In this document: positions 1 through 12,044 of the stretch, piece by piece
How the letters are laid out: each line of letters opens with the position of its first letter
How positions within the stretch are numbered: the first letter of the stretch is position 1
Assembly: GCF_039654945.1 (NCBI RefSeq)
Contig: NW_027361688.1
Span: 31,310,001 to 31,374,000 of the forward strand
Source: Dendrobates tinctorius
Taxonomy: Eukaryota
Direction of reading: 5' to 3'
Length of the DNA: 64,000 nucleotides
Program-made: the position numbers and the translations under genes
Notes under the pieces: generated by a model
Told to the model about the DNA's origin: nothing
Databases searched by the model: none
The model's input: only the letters and a program-made list of their open reading frames with translations

Positions 1-1044
1 TGGGGAGGACCTGATCTGGGCAGTTGGGCTGCTGCTCAAGTTGCCCGGCTCTTCCAGGATGGGTGAGTTTGCAGCAGCAGACCGTCCTGGTGGTGTGTTG
101 TGTAGGGCAGTCATTGTGTGTTCTGGTGATGCCTCCTCTTCAGCCATCCTTCTTGTAGGGGGAGAAGATGGGCCAGCCACCTCATCCCCTACAGGATCTA
201 TAATGGGCTCTGCCTCTGAGGCCGTTCCTTGATCCGTAAGGTTGGATTGAGTTCTGTTATGAAATAGAACAGAGGCAAAAATACATCAATATTTTTGGCC
301 CTGTAAAGTATTTGTGTAATGTTTTTGTGTCATGTGGTGTGAGGTATGTACTTACGGTCTCAGAGCCAGAATTGGGGCGAGGAAGTTCAGCCGGTCATAG
401 TAGATATATTTGCGCTTTACATGGCCAGCATCCCCAGTCCTGGACCGCTGCTGGCGTTCCCGGCGGTATTGGTCACGGATGCTTCGCCAGCGTTTCATCA
501 CATCTTCCACTGCAATGTGACAGGAAAGATTGTCAAAATCACATATTTGAGAGGTCACATTTTCAAACAGTAGTCTAGGCATGGGGCCTTCTGGGGTGTG
601 CGTTCTACCCATGGTGGCATATGTAATTGGGCCGATACCCAGGGTCTCATTAGCTACACTGAAACTAATTTTATTGGCTAGGAGGATGAGGAGCTTGTGG
701 CCTAACCCCTAATTATGGCTGTGTGAAGCCATGTGTCACATCCTAATGTAACGGCCTCATGAGGCTAATAAAAGTACATGCACAGGAAGGGGGGGTGCTG
801 AATCTAGATTCCTTTTATAGTGTGCGCTAAGGTTAATGATATTTTTATAGTTGCACTTACGAATTTTCTGCTGCTCCTCACGTGGTCTGTCACCAAAGTC
901 ATGGTACATCTGGCGACAGATGCGCCTCCATGACGCCTCCTTTCTTGTCTGGTTTGCATAATTTGCATCACGTGGGTCCCATATTTCTGGACGCTCCTGC
1001 ACCAGGACAATGAGCATCTCCACATTTATGTACGTGGACGCCAT
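1..1044 (-). CDS. MADF/Myb-SANT-like DNA-binding protein of a Harbinger transposon (spliced, runs off window start)
   Basis: Exons 1044-861, 509-356 and 253-<1 join in frame at GT/AG sites: MASTYINVEMLIVLVQERPEIWDPRD..YAN..RKEASW..IC / LEDVMKRWRSIRDQYRRE..KRKYIYYDRLNFL..LRP / TQSNL. The Trp spacing is typical of MADF. Confidence 0.8.
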
Positions 1045-1420
1045 GCTGCTGCTGTACTCCGTGGAGGCGTACTTCCTGGATGTCTGGAGCGCTTTTTGAG
1101 CTCATTTGCATGTCTAGGCTTCCTGATGATGGATTGGGCCATTTCCTGTCACCAGCCAAAAGACCTGCGTATTGCTCGCAGGTCACACGTGTGTTCAGTG
1201 TGTAATCCGTATTTTTTGCGCACGCATAGACTTGCATTGGCGTACTACGGGCGTAGTACGCTGACAATCGCAGCATGCTGCGAGTGGCACGGAGCGTAGG
1301 ATACGGAGGAGAAATATACGCCTGGTGCGAGTGACCCCATAGAAAATCATTTGTCCGTGTGTAATGCGTGCTTTTTGCGCCTCTCACTCTCCCGTATTCC
1401 TCGCCAGTGTGACTCCGGCC
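1..1420 (-). mobile_element. PIF/Harbinger DNA transposon, one end
   Basis: Terminus ...GTGTGACTCCGGCC followed by TTA (1421-1423); contains the MADF gene; other end lies outside the window. Confidence 0.65.
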
Positions 1421-2213
1421 TTACTCTCTCACCACCCTACATCATCGCTCCGCAGAAGACTGGACCATTGTGTAGAAGCATTTTAACATGACTTGACTGC
1501 TGAGACTAACGAACACCTTTAAGGAAAACAGAATTCCTTCCTACCGTAATAAGACCAATAACCCACATGACACAACTGTGGCTGACCCCATCCAGTATTT
1601 TATTCCTCAACGATCTGAAGAAATGTCTGCGTCCAGCGATCCTACTGCGCCCATTCCTAACAGACTTTTGGGAACCATACCAGGAGCGTGACCACGAGGG
1701 AGCCTTCTTGGTGCACCTGCGTGACACTGCCAGGACCAATGGTACATGGAAATTCTTCCCACTAGTGAGCTATTAAGAGGAGGCTGAGGGGCATCAAAAG
1801 AAATTGTTTTCAACCTCCTCACTAGCTGGAAGTTGTATAAGAGTTGCTATAACCCCTTCATTAATTTGTGTAGCAAGAGCCGTTAAAGGATCCTTAGCCG
1901 ACAAGTACTTCTCCAATAGCTATTGGCACGTCAGTAGACACACACACAGGGATAGCACTACAGTAAATTGCACTAGGGATAAGGGTACGAGGCTGCACAA
2001 CTGCCTCAAGGAGGCCTCAGACACTGCCTGTGCCAAACATCTCCTGGTCACCTCATCTACTTTCTACCTTGGGCAGAAGCAGGGGGGGCTGGGACGCTGT
2101 GTGGACTGCCTGTATTAACCTGCGTACCCAATGCTGACTGGTAAGCAGGAGCTTGAGCCACAAGTTTGGTTAAGACACGGTAAGTAACCCTGCCCTTCTA
2201 CCTGTATGCGCAC

Positions 2214-3197
2214 TAGGGTGGCCGCAAAAAATCGATGTCGGAATTTTGTCCGTCTGGACCCCTCAAAAAAATTCCCCTTTCCAGATATTGAGAGAGCCAA
2301 AATTTGAGCTCGATCAAACGACGTTAACCCGTGCCGCTCGTCGCTCAAAGTTTGAAAAAAATCCAAATTGAGGTATTTTAAGATTTAGGTATTTTGCATA
2401 GTCTGTTAGACTATAAAGAATGTGACAACAACATTGCAGAAATAGCCCTGACCAAATTTTCGAACCATTTGTGGTATTTGAATGCAGAGTTGGTGGGATT
2501 ATCGTTTTTTGATCCCACCATTACAGACAATGAAAAGTTGTTAATGGCTAATAAATTGCTCAGTAGCACAGATGAACCATCAGAGCACGCTAGGGTTGTA
2601 AATCCAAAAGTTAGGAAAGAAAAATTAAAAGAGGTAGGAAGTAACCGACTTTAACGACCTTCTGACAAAAGATGAAGAACAAAAGCAATATGTCCTGCAA
2701 GTTGTAAGCAAATGCCGAGCATTATATTCTGACGTTTCAAAAACTACTTTAACAAAAGCTCTAGAATAGATTAGATAACTATGTAAAATTATCAACTCAT
2801 GTAGGTTAGCGTGCTCTGATGGTTCATCTGTGCTACTGAGCAACTTATTAGCCATTAACAACTTTTCATTGTCTGTAATGGTGGGATCAAAAAACGATAA
2901 TCCCACCAACTCTGCATTCAAATACCACAAATGGTTCGAAAATTTGGTCAGGGCTATTTCTGCAATGTTGTTGTCACATTCTTTATAGTCTAACAGACTA
3001 TGCAAAATACCTAAATCTTAAAATACCTCAATTTGGATTTTTTCAAACTTTGAGCGACGAGCGGCACGGGTTAACGTCGTTTGATCGAGCTCAAATTTTG
3101 GCTCTCTCAATATCTGGAAAGGGGAATCGTTTTGTGGGGTCCAGACGAACAAGATTCTGACATTTTTTTCCCCCCCATATGAGATCCGGTCACCCTA
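2214..3197. mobile_element. Non-autonomous hAT (hATm-like) element with fold-back transposase fragment
   Basis: TAGGGTG...CACCCTA termini; 8-bp TSD ATGCGCAC (2206-2213, 3198-3205); transposase remnants KFSNHLWYLNAELVGLSFFD and DLLTKDEEQKQYVLQVV; inverted arms 2271-2592 and 2807-3127. Confidence 0.8.
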
Positions 3198-3605
3198 ATG
3201 CGCACCCTCAAGGCTGCCACTAACTCTCCGTTGGCCATATTGCTGGTGTGACACAACCAGCACAGTCAGCAGATACTGAGGAAGAGAAGGAACAGCAGTA
3301 TATAAAAAGGAGGGCAGGAACACAAGCTTAGGCAGAGGGGAGAAGGTGGAGGGGCACCCCCCTTGCGGAGAAGTAATGTGCTGACCTGAAATTAGAGGAA
3401 ACCTGTTACCAGTTTTGTCCTTTACCAACTACAACTATGACCTTAATCAGGTCCTTTGCTAAACTCCTTCAATGGTTATATAACCCCCTGACTCCCCCCA
3501 AAAAACTTTTGAAGTTCTCCTGTACTGTACGTTGATCCGGTTGGCATTGTTTCTGCGGTCTCCATCCCTCCTCCAGGCTGCTGCTAGCCGTTTTCCTGCT
3601 GTAAT

Positions 3606-3845
3606 TGACGTGGATGACGCCATCTGCATCATCCACATAGCCTGGCGAAATCTCGCGCCTGGGCAGTATGCTCTGTCCTATTATGAGCAGAGCCAAAAAC
3701 AAGTGCACATGTGGCGGTAGGATTTAGGCTATGCCCGTAAGAAGGCCAAGCATAGTGTGCAGGTGTGAGATGGAGATTTTTCTGCACAGGCACGAGATTT
3801 TGCTTGGCTATGTGGATGACGCAAGTGGTATCATCCATGTGACAG
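3606..3845. repeat. Degenerate palindromic MITE core
   Basis: Imperfect inverted repeat between about 3606-3666 and 3782-3845 (TGGATGACG..CATCCACATAGCC..AAATCTCG.GCCTG). Confidence 0.5.
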
Positions 3846-5032
3846 CAGCAGCCAGGAAATGGGATAGAAACCGCTTAAAACGTCTATTGGACCGGTCCGA
3901 CAGGGTTAGCATACAGTGTGTGAGAACTTAAGGGTTTTTTTTTTTTGGGGGGGTAGATATACAGGGGGTTACATATCTGTTGCTGGACTGCAGCAAAGGT
4001 GCTGATGAAGGTCATAAGTTTTAGTTGAAGTTAATAATTGGTCTGCATGCAAAAAAAAAAAAAATTGGTGGTGCTGGAGAAGTGGGTTGTAGTTGCAGTA
4101 TATAGAAAGGAATATCCAAAGCACTCTCAAAGTCAATATGTTCATGATACATTGATTGGTACACATCAAAGAAGCATGAACCAGTTAAAAACAAACTGCA
4201 AGGGCATAGGATATGCCTGCATTACTCTCTTCTATTCCCCAGATGTATGGACTCTAAGTTATCCCTCTATAACAAGCTCGTGCTTCCATATGCTGTATTT
4301 CAGTGATTCAGATATACTGCAACCTTGTGATAAATAAAATGTGATGGGTCGAAACAGGTTCCTTATTTTGTCGCTAATCTGTTTTCAACTGGTATCTTGA
4401 ATATATCGATTTTGAGAGTGCGGTTGATATTCCTTTCTATCGTGTTAGTTGACAGGATAAAACTGGTGACAGGTTCCCTCTAACCAAGAGGTTAACCTCA
4501 ATCATGGGTCATGAAACAAATGAGGGAGGGCATTTGACCCAAATATCCTTTGCAACACTGGGCTCGGCCGTCAGGGACCCCTTCTCCTATAAGGCTTGTA
4601 GTCCTAAAGTCTTGTGCTACATGGCAAAGCAATTTGCTTTGATGAATGACTCGAGTGGAAATTTTGGGAAGGGACAGCAAGGTCTTTAACTGAGGCAGCA
4701 GATAGGGCTACTGCCATATTTATCAGAAGGTAGTGCCCTGCAAGTCTGAATAAACTTTTTGGGTAGCACTACATGTCTACTCATTACAGTAGGGCCATTA
4801 TACCGTGGAGGATTCACTATGTGGGTATCACTGTTAGGGCACTTTTGTCCAAATCACACATTATTCAAGGTTTTTTTTATTTAAATTACCCAATAGGCTT
4901 TATACTGCTTTTACATTAACAGAATAAATTAAGTCAGATCTATTCATTAACATGTACTGCATGTAGGACAACCTCCTCAAGTTTGTTTCCATGAGAAAGC
5001 ATAAATTAACTATAAAAAGGAAAGAACCTTAA

Positions 5033-5351
5033 GGGTATGTGCACACGCTGCGGACTGGGGTGCGGATTTGGCAGCGTGGATTTTGTCGGATTTCTGCGGT
5101 TTTACCTGCGGATTAGCCTGCGGTTTTTCCCTGCAGTTTTTCATCTCCACAATGGAGGAGATGGCAAACCGCAGCGGAATCTGCAGAAAGAATTGACATG
5201 TCAATTCTTTTTGCGGTTTAGAAACTGCGCGGAAAAATCCGCATCGTCTGCACTGCGGTTTTAATATCCATAGGATATTATGGTACTGTACACCGCAGCG
5301 GCCAAATCTGCTGCGGAACCGCAGCAGAATCCACAGCGTGTGCACACACCC
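5033..5351. mobile_element. Harbinger-type MITE
   Basis: TIR GGGTATGTGCACACGCTG...CAGCGTGTGCACACACCC flanked by TTAA; rich in CCGCAG/CTGCGG repeats. Confidence 0.75.
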
Positions 5352-6131
5352 TTAATCGTAGACTTAATATCAAGGTTGGTCTGTGGCTTCATCCAGGCTT
5401 TTAGTTCTAGCCCTCTATTTGACAGCCCTGGTCTAGAGCTCCTCGTGGACAAGTCTGAAGTACAGCAATTGTGGCCTTCTAAAGATCAGTGGATGCTTTC
5501 GCGTTGTGATGTGAGGGTAAAGGAAGGAACTCTAGGAAAGTCCATAGCAAGTGGCCATCAGGACACGTGATTATAAAACATGCAAGGCAACTCAAGAGGA
5601 CCTCTCGTGACACTTCATAAATACTGACTTAGGATTGCTAGTGCCACTATAATGAAAGATGTGGTATCTAGATAGTAAAGTTTCTAGCCAGCGACAAGAT
5701 GGCAAAGCCCATTAGTGAGAATATTGGACATGATAGCGAGTTGCTATAAAGGTTACACACCCACTCAAATTTCCATGGGGAGCATCAGATGTCTACCTAG
5801 TACCTACACCAATTTGTTGCTCTTCGTAACCCTTACACCTTTTGAGATCTTAAAGGTTTTTTTTTTGTCTACACAAGTGAGAGTGTAGTAAAGTTGTGGT
5901 CAGGGGAGTTTTGAGCAGGAAACTTTTTTTGGGGGCGGGGGGTTGCCTGAGTTAGGAAGTCAGATGTTTGGAGGCAGCTGAATGAGATTTGTGAAACAAA
6001 ACCACCATGGTTACTTACCGGTAGCTGGTTTTTCCGGAACCCATGACAGCACACCTGAGGGATCCACCCCGCCAGGACAGGAACCTACTGAAATATAAGG
6101 GGTGGCACTTCTCCCCCACTTCAGTTGGTTA

Positions 6132-6451
6132 GGCTGTGTGCAAACGCTGCGGATTCTGCTGCGGTTCCGCAGCGGATTTGGCTGCTGCGGACCCGCAGCA
6201 GTTTTAGATGCGGTGTACAGTACCATTCAAATGAATGGAAAAAAAAAAACCGCTGCGTAGACGGTGCGGATTTTTCCGCGCGGTTTTGAAACCGCAGCGG
6301 GTTCCTATCTCCACTATTGTGAAGATGGTGAAACCGCAGGGCAAAACCGCAGGCTAATCCGACCTTCTTTTGACCTGCGGATTTATCTGCGGATTTTGCA
6401 AAATCCGAGCGGATGAATCCGCAGCGGATTCCGCAGCGTGTGCACACAGCC
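6132..6451. mobile_element. Harbinger-type MITE inserted in DIRS 3' end
   Basis: GGCTGTGTGCA..TGCACACAGCC TIRs with TTA TSD; empty site GGGTTACAGAG visible at about 26041 in copy 2. Confidence 0.85.
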
Positions 6452-6537
6452 TTACAGAGGATTGAGAGGACTTCCCAGTTAGTTACATGTTTATCCAACA
6501 CCACATCACACAAATACACCCTGTTAACGTGCACACC

Positions 6538-9324
6538 TGGGTCGCCCTCCCAGGGCTGTGGGGTACTCGGCACCGGGCCCGTTGATCTCAATGGGAGTTG
6601 TCACGGAAGCTGTGACCCGGTCCGTGGCCCTGAGGTTCCATGGCAAAAGGGGGTGCAAGAACAATGAAGTAGAATTGATGAATAGTTCGTGACGCCACCT
6701 GTGGTGCTCGGCAAGGGAGATGTTAAGCCGACGCTGCATTCAGATCCTCTGGGACTAGTGGTGTGCTGCAGCCAAGATGGTGAAGCTCCCCACAGGTGGA
6801 GCTGTAGTCCCAGGGCAGTGTGGATGTAGGGGTAGCTGAGAGGCACGGGCAGTGTAGAAGCTGGTACCCAGATGTAGCGGTAACAGGTGTGTTGGCGCAG
6901 GAATGAATGGATAGTCGCTTGGCAGCTAGCCCAGTTCTCGTCATCCCGAGACCGATCCAAACTAGTTTTGTACTGCGGCGCCACTGTCAGGGGTTCTGGT
7001 GTCCCCCCCCCGTGGGCTGGTATCCTGGTCCCAGACCAGATCTAATATGACCTGGCCAGCTGCTGCGACCGCGGTACACCCCAAGGCCTTCCCAGGTGCA
7101 GGGACATCAAATATACCCGGAGCCTCATGGCGGTGTGGGTTCTGCTCCGGTGCCGGTGGGAGCTGGCCGGTGGCAGCAGGCCGCGGTGGAGCGGATGGTG
7201 TCTCCAGGCCCACGGGGGCCTCTGGTGGGACCGGCGCAGCCGCGTCAGGTCCGGGCGGGAACTCCTCTTCCTCCGCTTTGGCTCCCGGGGCCTCATACAA
7301 TTCCTCCTGTGGCGGTAGCGACGGGGGCTTCGTATGCTGCCAGTGGTGTGATGGCAGCTGCAGGCTCCGTGGAGTCTGCCTGTGGAAGCCCCGGTGCAGC
7401 AGCGGCGGTTACCGCAGGTGTAGGCCCCTCCCGGGCATGCTGCCAGTTCAGCCTCTACAAGGCCTCCTGCCTCAGCCGCAAACATTGGGTGAACCGGGCA
7501 ATCTCCTCCTCCAGCTGCCGTCGATCCAGCCTAGAAGCAGGGTCCGAGCCTTCAGCCATGGCGCGGAGAGATCCAGCTCAACCTCCCTGCGTTCTGCAGG
7601 CCTCCTTCCCTCTTCTTCCATCATGGCGTTCTGGCGTATTTCTTCCTGTCTCTGCTCTTTTCCCGCCACTGGCTTCCGCTCCTCCTTCTTGGGGCGGCGT
7701 CTTCTTCCAACTCCTCCATACCAAGCCAGTATATGAACCCCTCGGGGGGTGGGCCATGTCGCTATTGCATGGTAATTCAGGCAGGGGAGGCCCAGGACAG
7801 TTTGCGGTCTTTTCTTAGGACCACCCATATGATCACGCCCTTCTTCTCCAGGCTGTCGGCCATTTTTAGTATTCATTTCACAGTCTATCAAATTGGGACT
7901 TCTGCACATTCTCAAAAGTTTTAAGTCCAACAAATCTTAGGCACACAGAACCCGATTGCATTGGGTCTCGTCATCCTGTTCGTGATGCCAGAATAGAGAA
8001 CCCCAGCCAGGGCTATTGGGGTACTCGGCACCGGGCCCGTTGATCTCACTGGGAGTTGTCACAGAAGCTGTGACCCGGTCCGTGGCCCTGGGGCTCCATG
8101 GCAAAAGGGGGTGCAAGAACAATGAAGTAGAATTGATGAATAGTTCGTGATGCCACATGTGGTGCTTGGCAAGGGAGATGTTAAGCCGACGCTGCATTCA
8201 GATCCTCTGGGACTGGTGGTGTGCTGCAGCCAAGATGGTGAAGCTCCCCACAGATGGAGCTGTAGTCCCGGGCAGTGTGGATGTAGGGGTAGCTGAGAGG
8301 CGCTGGCAGTGTAGAAGCTGGTACCCAGATGTAGCGGTAACAGGTGTGTTGGTGCAGGAATGAATGGAGGACACCGGGGCTTGTAGTTCCAAAGCTTTAC
8401 TCACAGTCTGTTGAACACACCGGTGCCTGCCTCCGTACTGTGTCCTCCGGGTCAGAGGCTCAATCAACCTCCAGGCCAGATGGAATGCTCCCTTCCAACG
8501 CTCCGCCAACATGTACCTTTCTGAATGTCTCCTCTTATAGCGCGTTTAAGTGTGAAGATCTCCTAGTACTGAGTTACACTGGAGTTCCTCCTGACAGATG
8601 CTCCCAAGAACTCTACTTGTACGGCAGACAGCTGTAGCCTGCTTCGGGGACTCCTTACTCCTGAATCCCGGCTCACTATCAATGTTGCTGTTGTGCCCCC
8701 AAGTCTTAGATGGGAGTAGTGCATTTACAGCCCACTACTCCACCGGTGTCTGCTGCAGAACCATTAGTGTCCATACAACCTCGGGGACCGGGCCCCGGCC
8801 TTGCGCTTAGAACTTCTAGGCAGGGTTCTTCCTCTAACCCACGTCCTCTGTTCCCTTTTACTCCTACGTTCCGTACTAGTCTTTCCTTCTTATGTAAGAT
8901 CAGGTTTCTGCTCAACGTCTTTCTCCTTCTTTCCTTTCCTGTGCCAGCTGGCTCATATCACTGAGGCAGCTGCAGCACGCCTTCCTCCATCCCTCTCTCC
9001 GGGATCTTCTTTCCTCACTCCTCTCTGAGTGACTCCCTCTCACTGACTGACTGACCTGAAATCCTACACCTTCCCGCTCTTTTATGTATTCTAAACTCCA
9101 CCCGCCTCCCAGCACGTTTCGTGTTCCAAGCAGGGAGTCACCAAAGGTGCTCTGCTACACTCCAAGCAGGGAGCCGCAATGTGGCTTTGCTGAACTACCG
9201 TGTTGTGTGGGTTGCGAGTGTTGGAGCGTGGTTTGGAGCCTCCAACTCACCTGGATGGTGGGGTACCACACCTCAGGAGGAGGTGCAGTACCTCTGTGGC
9301 AACTGAACACTCAGGGGCGCCACA
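6538..9324 (-). mobile_element. Non-autonomous LTR element (same family as 15579-23516), internally deleted
   Basis: TG...CA ends; 4-bp TSD CACC (6534-6537, 9325-9328); 5' LTR about 7994-9324; PBS at 7973-7990; partial 3' LTR 6538-6912. Confidence 0.85.
6915..7933 (-). pseudogene. Disrupted copy of the LTR-element internal ORF (lacks the cold-shock domain)
   Basis: GGPKKRPQTVLGLPCLNY..TWPTPRGV, MAEGSDPASRLDRRQLEEEIA and ALGCTAVAAAGQVILDLVWD match the 17020-18540 ORF; premature TAG; truncated by deletion. Confidence 0.75.
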
Positions 9325-9465
9325 CACCCATACGGTGAAAAAGGGGGGGGGAATACACGGGTGCTTACCGGTAGCCGGAAAAATCGGCTACCGGTAAGTA
9401 ACCATGGTGGTTTTCCCTTCACCCATGACAGCACACCTGAGAGATTTTTGGAGACTTCGAACACT

Positions 9466-10500
9466 TTAGGGAGGGACCACCGCTTGCAGCATCCTTCTAC
9501 CAAAGGTTAAGTCAGCAGAGGAGGATAGATTTAATCTATAGTGCTTAAAAAAAGTTGAAGGTGATGCCCAGGTAGCGGCCTTACAGATTTGCTCAATCGA
9601 TACCTCTGCCTTTTCAGCCCAGGTGGTCGCCACGGCTCTGGTGGAATGAGCCTTGATGCCGTCAGGAATCGGAACACCACTAGCTGAGTAGGCTACACTA
9701 ATAGCCTCCCTAATCCATCTGGCAATAGTCCCTTTTGATACTCCATAGCCCTTCCTGGCATCCTGAAAGGCTACAAATAGGGACAGGGACCTCCTCCACT
9801 GGCTAGTCACTGATATGTACTCTAAGAGGGCTTTTAATGTCTAGTTTATGGAATTTCTCCTCTCCTGGGTTTTTTGAATTCTCACAGAAGGAGGGGAGGA
9901 CAATCTCTTGGCTACGATGGGAATCTGATACAACTTTCGATAAATAAGCAGGGTCTGTTTTTAGGACAGCCCTGTCCTGGTACACCTGGGTATAAGGTGG
10001 ATTAACTGAGAGGGCCTGCAAGTCACTTACTCTACGGGCCGATGTAAGGGACACTAAAATAATGGTCTTTAGGGTGAGATATTTTACTGGTAGTTGTTGC
10101 ACCAGTTCAAATGGCTCTTTCGTGAGAGCTTCTAACACAAGGTTTAAATCCCAGGGAGCTATTTTTGGTAATGGGATTGGTTTAGACCTCTGGCAGGATT
10201 TAATGAATCTGGCCACCCATCTGTTTGCTGCTATGTTGCAGTTATATAGAGCGCCTAGTGCTGAAACCTGTACTTTAAGTGTATTTACTGCTGGACCTAG
10301 CTGTAGCCCCACCTGTAAGAATTCTAAGATGGCCTTAATCGGGGGTTCTTGGTCCAACAGTTTCCCTAGGAACTGCAGAAGCTTATTTCATGTTCTACCG
10401 TATATGTTAGTTGTTACTGGCTTTCTACTTTTCATCAGCGTAGCCACCAACCCAGGGGAGAACCCTCTATTTTTTAAAAGTGACCTCTCAAATTCCACGC
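9466..10500 (-). pseudogene. DIRS tyrosine recombinase, frameshifted
   Basis: ARRVSDLQAL (R), HSTRAVATTW (HxxR) and WASPSTFFKHY (Y) spread across ORFs 9466-9810, 9803-10357 and 10388-10894. Confidence 0.85.
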
Positions 10501-11625
10501 CGTCAGATGGAACCCCTTGACTTGCGTGTGGAATACCAGACCCTGAGCTAGCAGGTCTGGAATCTCTGGTAGTACCCATGGATCTGAGAGGGACATCATC
10601 TGCAGTAGTGAGAACCAGGGCCTTTTTGGCCAAAACGGGACTATTAGGATCACCCTGGCCTGATCTTCTCTTATTTTCTTCACCACTGCTGGGATTAGAG
10701 CTACTGGAGGAAAGGCATAACCCAGTTTGAAATTCCACGGAATTTGCAATGCGTCCACCGCCCATGGCTCTTCTTTTGGGTTTAGTGATCAGAATCTCTT
10801 TACCTGCCTGTTGCTTTTGTTGGCAAAGAGGTCTATTACCGGCTCTCCCCAGAGTTGTACTATTTTCTGGAACACTGAGTGATTTAGGACCCATTCTCCT
10901 TGCCTTAATGTGTTGCGGCTTAGGAAATCGGCTTGTATGTTCTCTACCCCTCTGATGTGTAGGGCCGTTAAAGAAAGTAGGTGTCGTTCTGCTCTGTAAA
11001 AAATTTTGCTGGTTTCGTTCATTAAGGAGTGTGACCTTGTCCCCCCCTGGTGGTTGATATATGCCACTGTCACTTTGTTGTCCGACATGATCTGGACATT
11101 GCGGCCTTCTAGGCTGGGAATAAGTTTTTTTTAAGGCTTTGTTTACTGCCTGTAGGTCTTTTAGGTTGGAAGATGCGTTTTGTTCTTGGTGGTCCCTGGG
11201 CTGCCTGTCCCCTCAGGTGCGCTCCCCACCCCGAGGAACTTGCGTCCGTCAGGATCACATCGGACACTGGTCTGTGCCACAATGTTCCTGCTACTAGGTC
11301 TGCCCTGTCTAACCACCATATGATAAGAGTTTTTGACTTGTAAGGAAAGTTCCAGCCTTCCTTCTAAACGTCCTCTTAGCAATTTCTGTGCTGATAGGAT
11401 CACTGCCTGCAGTTGACGGGTATGAAATTGTGCCCATCTGACCGCTGGAATACAGGCTGTCAAAGTGACTAGTAAGGACATCGCCTCTCTCAGGGTCATG
11501 TGAGGCTGGTCTATGGCGGTCAAGGTCATATTCCTCACCTTTTCCACTTTGGCCTCTGGTAAAAGACAAATTTGTTGTTCCGAGTCCAGGATAAATCCTA
11601 AAAATATTTGCCTTTTTAGGGGTTG
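10474..11625 (-). pseudogene. DIRS pol C-terminus (RT thumb, RNase H, N6-adenine methyltransferase-like), frameshifted
   Basis: SDNKVTVAYINHQGGTRS..ADFLSR, IDLFA and YAFPP motifs. Confidence 0.8.
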
Positions 11626-11629
11626 TGGT

Positions 11630-11945
11630 CAGTGGCAGATTATAATGAGGTCAATCTGGGCGGTAGCCCAGGGCCCAGTGGTGTGCCCCATTATAATCCG
11701 CCACCATAGCGCCACCCCCCCCCATGTACTGACCCTTTCCTCCCCTTCTCAGACCCACCGGCCACCGCAGCGCCAGCCCCTCACTGATAAATCCCTGCTC
11801 TGTGCGCACAGGACCTGTGATGAGGTCACAGGTGGGGAGGAGTCAGGGGTTACATGATCAGGGGTTTCAGTCAGAGGCCCCTGATCATGTGACCCCTGAT
11901 TCCTCCCCTCCTGTGACCTCATTACAGGTCCTGTGCACACAGCCA
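11630..11945. mobile_element. hAT-type MITE end with internal palindromes
   Basis: CAGTGGCAGATTATAATG start with an inverted copy at about 11689-11704; palindrome about 11800-11941. Confidence 0.5.
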
Positions 11946-12044
11946 TCAATGTATTGTATGCGGGACTCTGCTGTACTCGTTGTAATGGTGCTGGATGAGG
12001 GAAGTATGTGTGGGGTCAGGAGGGGCTTACAGGATGGATGTAGC

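Larger units (their letters stand above)
5999..11625 (-). mobile_element. DIRS1-like retrotransposon copy 1, 3' part (3' ITR, ICR, YR, methyltransferase-like, RNase H, partial RT), degenerate and interrupted
   Basis: Collinear with 25908-28430; ICR at about 9365-9440; interrupted by a MITE (6132-6451) and an LTR element (6538-9324); homology stops near 11625. Confidence 0.85.

Noticed and set aside
1500-2115. Possible decayed gypsy gag/RT
   Set aside because: Only faint resemblance (KQGGLGRCVDC); no motif I can defend.
4320-4425. GAAAC-containing Penelope/hammerhead-like relic
   Set aside because: No CUGANGA core or pairing stems.
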